DNA of 44,462 nt from Desulfobacterales bacterium (GCA_050122795.1 JASFIG010000002.1:1-44462); one strand, 5' to 3'; numbered from the stretch's first letter, positions 15,650-24,775 are shown. Numbers and translations are program-made. Notes: generated by a model not told the origin, from the sequence alone.

Positions 15650-17213
15650 TGAGACCTCCCTGCGCTTGAAGTTTCTCCTCGACCGGCTTTAACGGCAATT
15701 TGACGTTAAAATTGGTGCCTTCACCGGCATGCGATTCCACGTAAATGGAGCCGCCGTGTTCCTGGATAATTCCATAGGCCACCGACAGGCCGAGTCCCAC
15801 GCCCTTGCCCTTTTTTTTGGTCGTAAAAAACGGCTCAAACAGTTTTGATAAATTTTTTTCCGGAACGCCGACGCCTGTGTCTTTGAAATCGATTAGCAAT
15901 TTGTCCTCGCGCAACGAGTACCGGGTTATAATCAACAACCGCCCGCCCCCTTTGGCTTCCATGGCCTCGGCGGCGTTAGACACCAGATTCATGAACACCT
16001 GCTGGAGCTGATCTTCGGAGCCGATCATATCCGGCAGATCCGGCTCGAGCTGGGTTTCCACCTTGACGCCGCTGATTTTAAGCAAGTTTGCGTTTAAAAT
16101 AAGAGTCTGTTCGATCAGACGGTTGATGTTGATGCTTTTGAGCTCCATTTTGGACTGGCGCGCGAAGGCCAGAAGGTTGGATACGATTCGGCTGGTGCGC
16201 CGCGTTTCGGTTTCCATTAGCGTCAGGTACTGATTAAACTGATCAATTTGCGCCTCGCCAACGGTATCTTCATCGACAATGCGTTTCATTAACATGATCA
16301 AATTGAGAATTCCGGCGATGGGGTTGTTGATTTCGTGAACCACCGACGCTGACAGTTTGCCCAAAGAGGCCATTTTGTCCTGGTGGATCAGTTTTTTGTG
16401 GGTTTCCTTGAGTTGCCGGGTGCGCTCATCAACCATTTGTTCCAGACGGCGGGTGATCTCTTCCTCTTCTCTTTTCTGTTGCGTGATATCGCGGCTGATG
16501 TGGACGAATTTGGAGATTTTGCCGTCTTTTTCCCAGATGGGATAGACGCTGACTTCATAATATCGGATTTCTCCGTCGGGCAAGATGCGCCTGCGAATGC
16601 GATGAACATGGCCTTTGTTGCGCACCACCTCCTGCAACGGGCAATGTTTTTTATCATCATTGCAGGGGTAATCCAACTTATACCATACCTGGTGGCATTT
16701 TTTTCCGATGACCTGCTCCGGGGTATAGCCCATTTTGCTTAAAAATGAAGAGTTGGCTTCCACGACTTCCATCTGCGGCGAAATCACCAGAATAAAATCT
16801 TCAATGCCGTTGAGAATGGTCTCCATCTCCGAGGTGCGTTCCCGCAATTTTTGCTCTTCCTGGCCGATGGCTTTCCAGAACATGCGAAACACCTGGTAGG
16901 CTAATATGCGAATCCGGGAGGGTCGGGTTTGTAAAATATTCTCAAAAATTTCAGGGTCCGGGGTCAGAATGATGATCAGGTGGATACTGTAACGCCGGTC
17001 ATAAAGCAGCTTGTAGTCGTCAAACGTCAGCAGGCCCAATTGGCTGGCGAGTTTCCGGCCGGGGCTTTCAAGGTCTGGGTCGGCCACCGCTAAAATGGGG
17101 GCCACCATTTCGGCCTGTTCATACACGGCGGTTGTCTTTTCAAGAATCTCCTTGCAAAACTCACCGCCGCCGACCAGACCGATATTGATGATTGAAGGCT
17201 CTTTTCGGGGCAT
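15636..17213 (-). CDS. sensor histidine kinase (N-terminal Rossmann-like GxGxxG region, Cys-containing PAS, HisKA, HATPase)
   Basis: SASVVHEINNP is the H-box, and NLVSNAAEA / DTGVGV / GKGVGLGLSV are the N/G boxes. The start is moved to MPRKEP (AGAGGA SD) instead of TTG 17240. The gene overlaps the regulator gene by 14 nt. Confidence 0.85.
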   Translation of the reverse strand: MPRKEPSIINIGLVGGGEFCKEILEKTTAVYEQAEMVAPILAVADPDLESPGRKLASQLGLLTFDDYKLLYDRRYSIHLIIILTPDPEIFENILQTRPSRIRILAYQVFRMFWKAIGQEEQKLRERTSEMETILNGIEDFILVISPQMEVVEANSSFLSKMGYTPEQVIGKKCHQVWYKLDYPCNDDKKHCPLQEVVRNKGHVHRIRRRILPDGEIRYYEVSVYPIWEKDGKISKFVHISRDITQQKREEEEITRRLEQMVDERTRQLKETHKKLIHQDKMASLGKLSASVVHEINNPIAGILNLIMLMKRIVDEDTVGEAQIDQFNQYLTLMETETRRTSRIVSNLLAFARQSKMELKSININRLIEQTLILNANLLKISGVKVETQLEPDLPDMIGSEDQLQQVFMNLVSNAAEAMEAKGGGRLLIITRYSLREDKLLIDFKDTGVGVPEKNLSKLFEPFFTTKKKGKGVGLGLSVAYGIIQEHGGSIYVESHAGEGTNFNVKLPLKPVEEKLQAQGGLSEQR

Positions 17214-17415
17214 TTGCGAAAATCCTCTAAGGTGTATCAAAACTTAAAAAATTAAACAGGTTGCAATGTCCGCTGAAGAAGCCGGCGGCCTGTTCACGTG
17301 TGGGCCAAAACGTATCACGCACCATTATCTGTTTCAAGCGCATTTTTAATACGAACCCGCTTCAGGACACTTTTGCAGGCGGCACTTCAGCGGGTTGGCG
17401 GCCTGTAAATATCGG

Positions 17416-17444
17416 TTGACAAATTAAATGAAAACAAGTAAATT
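17416..17444 (+). promoter_or_regulatory. sigma-70-type promoter for the hdrA-mvhD-metVF operon
   Basis: TTGACA - 17 nt - TAAATT. This would give a leader of about 250 nt before ATG 17700. Confidence 0.5.
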
Positions 17445-17699
17445 CGCCTCTTCGCGCTTTTTTGGCGATAAAGTGGAGCATGCCCGCAAGGGGCTCAAAT
17501 GCTTATGCATTTATGTATTCGGCAAAAAGTCGAATAAAAACGATGCTGTTGAAAAATAATGGTTTAAAGCAGCATCCTCTTGCCCTGCCACAAAGCGGCG
17601 TGTTGTTGTTGGATTTGAATTCTGGGTAACTGATGGTGAATACGGATCATCTCTTAGATCGTAAATCTAAATTAAATTCTGCTTAAGGAGTAAGACGGC

Positions 17700-20600
17700 A
17701 TGACGGATAAAGTTCAAGGATCTGTAATGGTTGTTGGCGGTGGAATTGCCGGGATGCAGGCCTCATTGGATCTGGCCAATTCCGGCTACCTGGTTCATCT
17801 GGTTGAACGCTCATCTGCCATCGGCGGATTGATGTCTCAGCTCGACAAGACCTTTCCCACTAACGACTGTGCGATGTGAATTATTTCACCCAAACTGGTC
17901 GAGGTCGGCCGGCATCTGAACATAGAGCTTTTAACCAATACTGAACTTCTAAACCTTGAAGGCGAGCCCGGTCATTTCAAGGCCCGGGTACGTCAAAACC
18001 CGCGCTACATTGATCTTGACAAGTGCACCAGCTGTGGTGAGTGCACCACGGTCTGTCCGGTGGATCTTCCCAGCGAATACGACGAAGGTCTGTGTGCCAA
18101 AAAAGCCACCTTCAAACAATATGCCCAGGCAATTCCCGGTGCATATGCCATCCAGAAAGCCGATAAAGCTCCCTGTCGCCTGGCCTGTCCGGGTGGACTT
18201 AATGTACAGGGCTACGTGCAGATGGTCAAAGAGGGCAAGTATAAAGAAGCCCTGGAGATCATCATGGAAGATCTGCCCTTGCCCGGCGTGCTGGGCCGCA
18301 TATGCCCCCACGGGTGTGAGGATGCCTGCCGTCGCTGCGAGGTTGAATCACCTGTGGCCATTCGGGATTTGAAACGCCTGGCGGCCGATAAATTTGATCC
18401 CCGGCAGGTGGAAATTAAATGTGATCCCCCAAAAAAAGAAAAAGTGGCCATTATCGGCTCCGGACCGGCCGGACTTTCCTGTGCCTATCATTTGGCCAAA
18501 AAGGGCATATTATCCACTATTTTTGAGTCCCTGCCGGAAGCGGGCGGAATGCTCAGGGTTGGTATCCCGGCCCACCGTCTGCCCCGCGAAATTCTGGACC
18601 AAGAAATAGAAATTATTACCAATCTGGGGGTTGATATCAAGACGAATACAGCTCTGGGCGAAGATGTCTCCATCGATGGCCTGCTCGAAGACGGATACAA
18701 AGCCGTTTATCTGGCCATCGGCGCCCATCAGGGTATTGAATTGGGGATCCCCGGTGAAAAGGCCAATGGTGTGCGCCAGGGGGTCGAATTTCTGCGGGAG
18801 GCGAACCTGACCGGCAGGACCGATGTCGGCAACAATGTGGCCATCATCGGTGGCGGCAATGTGGCCATTGATGTGGCCCGTTCGGCCGTGCGGCTGGGCG
18901 CCGAGACGGTCAACATTGTTTACCGGCGCACCCGCAATGAAATGCCAGCCTGGGAGGAAGAAATCCAGGCGGCCGAAGATGAAGGCGTTCAAATTACCTA
19001 TCTGTCCGCTCCCCAGGAAGTTTTAACCCGTGACGGTCGGGTGGTAGGGCTTCGCTGTATTCGCATGGAGCTCAGCGAGCCCGATTCTTCAGGACGCAAG
19101 CGACCCATTCCGATTCCCGGAAGCGAATATGAAATCGAAATCGATCAGCTGGTTCCGGCCATCGGGCAACGCCCCGATTTATCCGCCCTGGAGGATATTA
19201 CCGGACTTACCTATACCCGCTGGGGGACGACTGAAGTCGACGCGGTCACCTATGCTACCGAGCGTGACGGGGTGTTTGCCGGCGGGGACCTGCAGACCGG
19301 GCCCTGGGTAGCCATCGGTGCCATCGGCGCCGGCAAAGAAGCGGCCGAATCCATTCTGCGCTATATCGAAGGCAATGATATGGCCGAGGGCCGCGAGCCG
19401 GTTGTCAACGAAAATCCGGTCTATCGGCCCATTCCGGAAGATGAGCCCGTAATGGAGCGGGCCAAGATGCCCGAGCTGCCTATCAGCAAGCGTCAGGGCA
19501 ACTTCAATGAAGTCGAACTCGGGTACACCGAAGAAGAAGGTCGGGCTGAGGCGGCGCGCTGCCTGAACTGCGGCTATTGCTGTGAGTGCTATCAGTGCGT
19601 AGACGCCTGCCTGGCCCACGCCGTTGATCACAGTCAGCAGGCCGAAATGAAAGAAATCGAAGTCGGCTCGGTCATCCTGACGGCCGGCTGCCAGCCCTAT
19701 GATCCCGCTCACCTGGAAAACGTTTATCACTACAAAACCAGCCCCAATGTATTGACCAGCCTGGAGTTCGAGCGCATTCTGTCGGCATCCGGGCCCACCA
19801 TGGGACATCTGCAGCGTCCCTCGGACGGCAAGGAGCCTAAACGGATTGCCTGGCTGCAATGTGTCGGTTCCAGAGACAGCAACCAGTGCGGCAACAGCTA
19901 CTGCTCGTCGGTTTGCTGCATGTATGCCATCAAGGATTCCATGATTGCCAAAGAGCATTCGGAAGAGGAGCTGGATTGTGTCGTGTTCAATATGGATATC
20001 CGGACCTTTGGCAAAGACTACGAAAAATATTACAATCGCGCCAAAGATGCCGGCATCCGCTTTGTCAAATCGAAAATCCATTCGATCGATGAAATTCGCG
20101 AAACCGGCAATTTGAACTTACGCTACATGGATGATGCCGGCCACCTGCAGGAAGAGGATTTTGACATGGTGGTGCTGTCGGTGGGATTGCAGGTACCGGA
20201 ATCGACGGTTCAGCTGGCCGAACGGCTGGGGATCGAATTGGATGATTCACGCTTTGCAGTGACACATCCGTTTGCGCCCGTTCAGACCTCACGTCCCGGC
20301 GTTTATGCCTGCGGCACATTTCAGGAGCCCAAGGACATTCCCAGCTCGGTGACCGAAGCCAGCGCGGCTGCATGTGCTGCCGGCGCCAGCCTGAACTCAG
20401 CGCGCAACACACTGACCCGCAGCGTGGAGATCCCGGAAGAAATCGACGTCAGTGATGAGGAAGCCCGGGTGGGGGTGTTTGTCTGTAACTGCGGCGTAAA
20501 TATCTCCAGTGTGGTTGATGTTAAAGGGGTGACCGAATATGCCAAGACCTTGCCCAATGTGGTTCATGCCCAGGAAAACCTGTTTACCTGTTCGCAGGAT

Positions 20601-22130
20601 TCCCTGGTTCAGATGAAAGAAGTCATTAAAGAGCACAAGCTCAACCGGGTGGTGGTGGCGGCTTGCACCCCTAAGACGCATGAGCCCATTTTCCAGGACA
20701 CTATGGAATCCTGCGGATTGAACAAATACCTGTTTGAAATGGCCAATATCCGCAACCAGGATTCCTGGGTGCACTCTGAAGCTGCGAAAACCGCTACTGA
20801 TAAAGCCAGTGACCTGGTACGAATGTCCGTGGCCCGGGCAACGACACTGCACCCGTTGCAGGAAAAGAAAATCCCGGTGATCCAGAAAGGCCTGGTGATC
20901 GGCGGCGGTATTTCCGGTTTGAATGCCGCTCTGGGCCTGGCCGATCAGGGCTATGAGGTGGTTCTGATCGAAAAGGAGGCCGAACTGGGCGGGTTGGCGA
21001 ATCGCTTGACGGCAACCATCGAGGGCGCCGATATCGCAAAGTATCTCGGCGATCTGATTTCCCGTGTGACCGCGCATGAAAAGATCGAGGTGATCACCAA
21101 CGCGCTGGTGGTGGGTTATTCCGGCTTTAAAGGCAACTTTACCACCGAAATCATGGTGGGGCCGGATATGGAGCAGCGCAAAATAGAACACGGGGTGGTT
21201 ATTCTGGCCACCGGGGCCCACGAATACAAGCCCAAAGAATACCTGTACGGGGACGACCCGCGGGTAATGACCCAGCTTGAGCTGGCCGATCGGATGAAAA
21301 AAGGCGAACTCGATGCGCCTCAGCAGGTGGTTATGATTCAGTGCATCGGATCGCGCAACGAGGAGAATCCAAACTGCTCCCGGGTCTGCTGCCAGACGGC
21401 TGTAAAAAATGCGTTACACATCAAGGAAAAATATCCGGATGCCGAGGTATTTGTTCTTAACCGCGATATCCGGACATACGGACTTCTGGAAGATTACTAT
21501 ACCGAGGCCCGGCGTCAGGGCGTCTTCTTTTTTCGGTTTGATCCCGAAGACCCACCGGTGGCCGAGGCTGCCGAAGACGGCATCGAGGTCATCTTTACCG
21601 ACCACGTGCTCAATCGCAAGCTGAGCGTCAGCACGGATTTACTGGTTCTCAGTGCCGGCATGGAAGCCGCGGATACCGAGGAGCTGTCTTCTATTGTCAA
21701 ACTGGCGCGCACGGCGGAAGGCTATTTCATGGAAGCGCACGTGAAATTACGGCCGGTGGATATGGCGACTGAAGGGATTTTTGTGTGCGGCACAGCCCAC
21801 AGCCCCAAGCTGATCTCGGAAAGCATCGCCCAGGCCTATGCGGCTGCGTCGCGGGCGGTGACATTCCTGGCTCAGGACCATTTGACGCTCTCTGCGGTCA
21901 CCGCGCAGGTTGAAGCCGACAAATGCGCCTCCTGTTTGATCTGTGTCCGCTCCTGTCCGTACGATGTGCCCAAGATCAATGCAGATGGTGTCAGTGAAAT
22001 CGATGAGGCCCTCTGCCATGGTTGTGGCATCTGTACCGCGGAATGTCCGGCCAAAGCCATCCAGCTAAACTGGTACGAGGACGATCAGATCATCTGCAAG
22101 GTGGATGCGCTCTTGGAGGGTGTACTATAG
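17700..22130 (+). CDS. hdrA: giant HdrA-like flavoprotein fusion (HdrA N-terminus with Sec, inserted GltD/NfnB-like NAD(P)H module, HdrA core, second HdrA-like module, C-terminal 2x[4Fe-4S]); predicted selenoprotein
   Basis: ATG 17700 (AAGGAG SD). Hand translation gives MTDKVQGSVMVVGGGIAGMQASLDLANSGYLVHLVERSSAIGGLMSQLDKTFPTNDCAM-TGA-IISPKLVE...CTSCGECTTVCP, in frame with tracked ORF 18060..22130. TGA 17877-17879 sits where HdrA has the Cys of DKTFPTNDCxMC. Later motifs: KVAIIGSGPAGL and VAIIGGGNVAID (GltD-like), VGSRD...CSSVCCMYAIK, VGVFVCNCGVNIS, GLVIGGGISGLNAAL, IGSRN...CSRVCCQTA, and CASCLICVRSCP plus CHGCGICTAECP. Confidence 0.85.
17895..17912 (+). promoter_or_regulatory. candidate SECIS-like hairpin downstream of UGA 17877
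   Basis: CTGGTC (17895-17900) pairs with GGCCGG (17907-17912), a 6-bp stem including two G-U pairs, around loop GAGGTC. It starts 16 nt after the UGA. Hand-folded and weak. Confidence 0.3.
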
Positions 22131-22171
22131 AAGTCGAGAAGCGGAGATTAAGAATTTTTCCATTAAGATAA

Positions 22172-22303
22172 AAATCCGAAGCACGAAATCCGAAATTCGA
22201 AACAAATTTTAAATTTTAAATCCCAATGTTCAAAATACGTTTTGAATTTCGGTCATTTGATATTCGGATTTGTTTCGCATTTCGATATTCGCATTTCGGA
22301 ATT
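22172..22303. repeat. heptamer-word inverted repeat (AAATCCG/AAATTCG-type versus CGGATTT/CGCATTT-type)
   Basis: Left arm is AAATCCG AAGCACG AAATCCG AAATTCG AAACAAA (22172-22206). Right arm 22238-22303 contains GTTTTGAATTTCGG, the complement of CCGAAATTCGAAAC, then CGCATTT CGATATT CGCATTT CGGAATT. It lies between hdrA and mvhD. ORFs 22216..22578 and 22226..22465 are read-through artefacts. Confidence 0.75.
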
Positions 22304-22356
22304 AATAGATCTATCGTAGCACAAAGCAGTACAGCGTATATTAATCTGGAGGAAAA

Positions 22357-22788
22357 ATGGCTGAGAACTTTGAACCAATCATTATTGCCTTTTGCTGCAA
22401 TTTCTGAGGGTACACGGCGGCGGACCTGGCAGGTTCGATGCGGTTGCAATACCCGACCAATGTAAGGATCGTTCGGGTGCCGTGCACGGGAAAAGTCGAT
22501 GTGATTCATGTCATGCGGGCATTTGAAAAAGGTGCCGACGGCGTGGCCGTCATAGGATGCCTCGAAGGAGAGTGCCATTTTAATGCCGGCAACATGATGG
22601 CCCGCAGACGGGTGGAGCAGGCACAGAAAATACTGGATACAGTCGGCATTGGTGGCGATCGGGCCCAGATGTATAACCTGTCATCCAGTGAAGGCCCGCG
22701 GTTTGCGCAGTATGCCACAGAGATGACCCAAAAAATAAAAGAATTGGGCCCCAATCCGATCCGGGTTGCTAAAAACAAGGCGGCCTGA
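22357..22788 (+). CDS. mvhD: MvhD/VhuD-like [2Fe-2S] electron-transfer subunit; predicted selenoprotein
   Basis: ATG 22357 (GGAGGA SD). MAENFEPIIIAFCCNF-TGA-GYTAADLAGSMRLQYP runs in frame with tracked ORF 22438..22788. TGA 22405-22407 replaces the third Cys of the MvhD motif FCCNWC.Y.GAD.AG. Confidence 0.85.
22421..22437 (+). promoter_or_regulatory. candidate SECIS-like hairpin downstream of UGA 22405
   Basis: CGGACCT - GGC - AGGTTCG forms a 7-bp stem (one G-U) with a G-containing triloop, starting 14 nt after the UGA stop-like codon. Hand-folded. Confidence 0.4.
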
Positions 22789-22794
22789 AAAATG

Positions 22795-22910
22795 ATTGAA
22801 TATTGACTATTGAATATTGCAGATTGAAATGCGGAAAATAGTCAAATTTAAATTATAAATAGCTTCCCGGTGAAAATATTCATTTTTCAATTTTAAATAT
22901 TCAATTCAAA
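22795..22910. repeat. heptamer-word inverted repeat (ATTGAAT x5 versus ATTCAAT-type)
   Basis: Left arm is ATTGAAT ATTGACT ATTGAAT ATTGCAG ATTGAAA (22795-22829). Right arm 22872-22910 reads GAAAATATTCATTTTTCAATTTTAAATATTCAATTCAAA. It lies between mvhD and metV. Confidence 0.7.
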
Positions 22911-22927
22911 AGGAGAGGTACCATTCC

Positions 22928-23596
22928 ATGATTGTTGCGGACAAAAAACCGATTGAGGAAATCATTGAATACCTCAAAGATCACAAAAACATCCTGATCC
23001 TGGGCTGCAATGAGTGTGTTACCGTTTGCGAAGCCGGTGGCAAAAAGGAAGTCGGCGTTCTGGCTTCAGCCCTCAGGATGCATGCCAGCAAAGAGGGCAA
23101 AGAGGTCAAGATCGATGAACTGACCCTGGAGCGACAATGTGATCGTGAGTATCTGGATGAACTGCGGGATTCGATCGACCAGTACGATGCCGTTGTATCC
23201 CTGGCCTGCGGCGTTGGTGTACAATTTACCGCCGAGCAATACCGCGACAAGCCCATTTATCCGGGGGTGAATACCACCTTCCTGGGCGCCACCGAAGAGC
23301 GCGGTGTATGGACAGAGCGCTGCCAGGCTTGCGGACAGTGCATCCTGGCTACGACCGGGGGCATCTGCCCGGTGGCGCGCTGCGCCAAGCGTCTGTTCAA
23401 CGGCCCCTGCGGCGGATCGACCACCGGTAAATGCGAGATCAACGCCGAGGTCGACTGCGCCTGGCAATTGATCGTTGATCGCCTCAAGGCTCTGGATAAA
23501 CTTGATGAATACGAGAAGCTTTGTCCGCTCAAGGACTGGTCGACGGACCGGGCCGGAGGGCCCCGAAAAGTCGTAAGGGAGGATGTACAGCAATGA
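22928..23596 (+). CDS. metV: MetV, Cys-rich small subunit of methylenetetrahydrofolate reductase
   Basis: 222 aa. CQACGQCILATTGGICPVARCAKRLFNGPCGGS..GKCE is the MTHFR-associated Cys-rich domain. It overlaps metF by ATGA. Confidence 0.8.
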   Translation: MIVADKKPIEEIIEYLKDHKNILILGCNECVTVCEAGGKKEVGVLASALRMHASKEGKEVKIDELTLERQCDREYLDELRDSIDQYDAVVSLACGVGVQFTAEQYRDKPIYPGVNTTFLGATEERGVWTERCQACGQCILATTGGICPVARCAKRLFNGPCGGSTTGKCEINAEVDCAWQLIVDRLKALDKLDEYEKLCPLKDWSTDRAGGPRKVVREDVQQ

Positions 23597-24525
23597 CAAC
23601 AAACACACCGAGCAAACTGGAAAAGATTCTCAAAGAAGGACACCTGGCCGTTACCTCCGAGTGCGGGCCGCCCCGCGGCAGCAATATCGACCACATCGTT
23701 AAAAAAGGCGAGTTGATTAAAGACCATGTCGATGCCATCAATATCACCGACAATCAGACGTCCATGACACGCTTATGCAGTCTGGCCGCTTGTATCCGTC
23801 TGAAACTAATGGGCCTGGAACCCGTGCTGCAGATGGTCACGCGCGACCGCAACCGCATCGCCCTGCAAAGCGATATTCTCGGCGCCGCCTCTTTTGAAAT
23901 CAATAACATTTTGTGCCTGTCCGGCGACCATCAAAGCTTTGGTGATTGCCCCCAGGGCCAGAATGTGCATGATATCGACTCGATTCAGCTGATTCAGGCC
24001 ATACGGCACATGCGGGATGAGGGCAAATTTTTAGGCGGGGACGAGCTGGATGGCAAACCCCAGATGTTTGTGGGCGCGGCTGCCAATCCTTTTGCCGATC
24101 CGTTTGAGATCCGGGTGCCGCGTCTGGCCAAAAAGGTGGCTGCCGGCGTCGAGTTCATCCAGACCCAGTGCATTTACAACCTGGATAAATTCGAAGAGTG
24201 GATGAAAGGCGTGCGTGACCGCGGGCTGCATGAAAAATGCTTTATCCTGGCCGGCCTGACCCCCATGAAGTCGGTGGGTATGGCCAAGTACATGCAAAAG
24301 CGCGTGCCGGGTATGGACGTGCCTGAGGAGGTCATCAAGCGCCTGCAAGGAGTCGAAAAAGGCAAGCAGGCCGATGAGGGTATCAAGATGTGCATCGAGT
24401 CCATCCAGCGCTTAAAAGAATGTGAAGGTGTTGCCGGCTTCCACGTCATGGCCATCGAGTGGGAGGAAAAGGTACCCGAGATCGTTGAAGGCGCCGGCCT
24501 ATATCCCCGGCCCAACGGCAATTAA
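23593..24525 (+). CDS. metF: 5,10-methylenetetrahydrofolate reductase MetF
   Basis: Start set at MTTNTPSKLEKIL (GGGAGGA SD, ATGA overlap with the metV stop), not at the upstream 23521. Motifs: LAVTSECGPPRG, INITDNQTS, LCLSGD and FIQTQ. Confidence 0.85.
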   Translation: MTTNTPSKLEKILKEGHLAVTSECGPPRGSNIDHIVKKGELIKDHVDAINITDNQTSMTRLCSLAACIRLKLMGLEPVLQMVTRDRNRIALQSDILGAASFEINNILCLSGDHQSFGDCPQGQNVHDIDSIQLIQAIRHMRDEGKFLGGDELDGKPQMFVGAAANPFADPFEIRVPRLAKKVAAGVEFIQTQCIYNLDKFEEWMKGVRDRGLHEKCFILAGLTPMKSVGMAKYMQKRVPGMDVPEEVIKRLQGVEKGKQADEGIKMCIESIQRLKECEGVAGFHVMAIEWEEKVPEIVEGAGLYPRPNGN

Positions 24526-24549
24526 GACCGATATTCGAATAGCTATGTG

Positions 24550-24585
24550 AAAACCCTGTCTTTATGACACAAGGCAGGGTTTTTA
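24550..24585 (+). terminator. Rho-independent terminator after metF
   Basis: AAACCCTG (24551-24558) pairs with CAGGGTTT (24575-24582), followed by TTTTAATT. Confidence 0.65.
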
Positions 24586-24746
24586 ATTCCCATTCCGACC
24601 CCCCTTCCTGATTTAAGCCTGCAAAGCGATTCATGCGGAAAATAAGACACTCAATCTGTAAAATTGAAGTCATTCGTTTCAAGGGCCAAGGCGGCCATGA
24701 TTGCCGGTCGACTGAACGATCCATACAAGAGGCGGTTTCTTTTTGC

Positions 24747-24775
24747 TTGACTCATGTCGAGTGCTTCTTTATAGT
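24747..24775 (+). promoter_or_regulatory. sigma-70-type promoter
   Basis: TTGACT - 17 nt - TATAGT, about 120 nt upstream of ATG 24897. Confidence 0.5.

Noticed and set aside
17560-17575. Possible sigma-54 promoter TGGTTTAAAGCAGCAT upstream of hdrA.
   Set aside because: The GG-to-GC spacing is one nt short of the strict -24/-12 spacing, and the -24 half is poor. The GCAGCATC part is better explained as the right arm of the GATGCTG...CAGCATC hairpin.
19179-21221. Long minus-strand ORFs 19179..20081 (300 aa) and 20397..21221 (274 aa). Similar cases are 34966..36084, 30511..31017, 27102..27722, 18510..18992 and 33644..34120.
   Set aside because: They lie entirely antisense to strongly supported genes (hdrA, RND pump, Fe-S oxidoreductase, ACAD, MFP). 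They have low-complexity, Arg/Gly/His-rich translations and no SD. They are typical shadow ORFs of GC-rich coding DNA.
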